Shown one piece after another: positions 64,000 through 64,000 of a stretch of 64,000 nt of DNA. Made by a program: the position numbers and the translations under genes. Location: the IMG/VR virus record IMGVR_UViG_3300009528_000013, positions 53,771 to 117,770 of that record; one strand, written 5' to 3'. Source of the stretch: a virus. Numbering within the stretch: position 1 is the stretch's first letter; each line of letters opens with the position of its first letter. The notes beneath the pieces were generated by a model. That model searched no databases and had not been told where the DNA came from. It saw nothing but the letters and a program-made list of their open reading frames with translations.

Positions 64000-64000
64000 A

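Larger units (their letters stand above)
1..64000. mobile_element. Tailed dsDNA phage (siphovirus-like) genome segment: rightward virion plus glycosylation operon converging with leftward lysis/replication operon
   Basis: Continuous head-neck-tail gene order, tape measure protein, no sheath gene, phage-type replication genes, no host housekeeping genes; strands converge at about 44.6 kb. Free phage versus prophage cannot be decided (no integrase or att site seen). Confidence 0.95.

Noticed and set aside
1-64000. cas genes or further arrays
   Set aside because: No Cas-like ORF recognised. Other ATTGAAA occurrences I saw (e.g. near 1637, 20633, 24727) lie in coding sequence without the rest of the repeat.
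1-64000. tRNA or other structured RNA genes (relevant to the GluQ-like enzyme)
   Set aside because: No cloverleaf with T-loop and D-loop consensus seen and intergenic space is minimal; tRNAscan-SE/Infernal would be needed to exclude them formally.

Overview
The whole window is one tailed-phage (siphovirus-like) genome segment. No host genes, integrase, cas genes or tRNAs were recognised. The host is probably a walled bacterium (Amidase_3 and SLT lysozyme genes, GGAGG Shine-Dalgarno sites). Plus strand 1-27.6 kb: a head polyprotein with a DNA adenine MTase and two LigD-phosphoesterase-like domains, HK97-type prohead protease/scaffold, major capsid protein, neck genes interrupted by a triple glycosyltransferase, tail tube, G/GT chaperones with a -1 slippery site, tape measure and tail-tip proteins. 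Plus strand 27.6-44.6 kb: a 17-kb glycan-building cluster (GT9, four paralogous GT-A enzymes, GT4, GT2-GT2-TPR, four SAM methyltransferases, PIG-L deacetylase, WbqC, a clan GH-A hydrolase, two YVTN propellers, a GluQ-like aaRS paralogue with an inserted F5/8C domain, and a HIT protein). Minus strand 44.6-64 kb: lysis, radical SAM, SbcC/SbcD, ThyA, two more DNA MTases, primase-MCM fusion, SSB-like, pseudo-receiver, VRR-NUC and many small ORFs. Top finding: a cas-less CRISPR mini-array (37-bp repeat, 36-bp spacer, 37-bp repeat; 30540-30649). Its spacer encodes the same 12 residues (KSSYPAVDYIAV) as the next gene 92 bp downstream, but differs from it at 9 of 36 nt. All 9 differences are synonymous and 5 fall in the first 9 nt. 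This fits a guide against a competitor's allele linked to a recoded, immune resident allele, i.e. a possible host-Cas-powered gene drive. All protein calls come from motif reading, not database searches.
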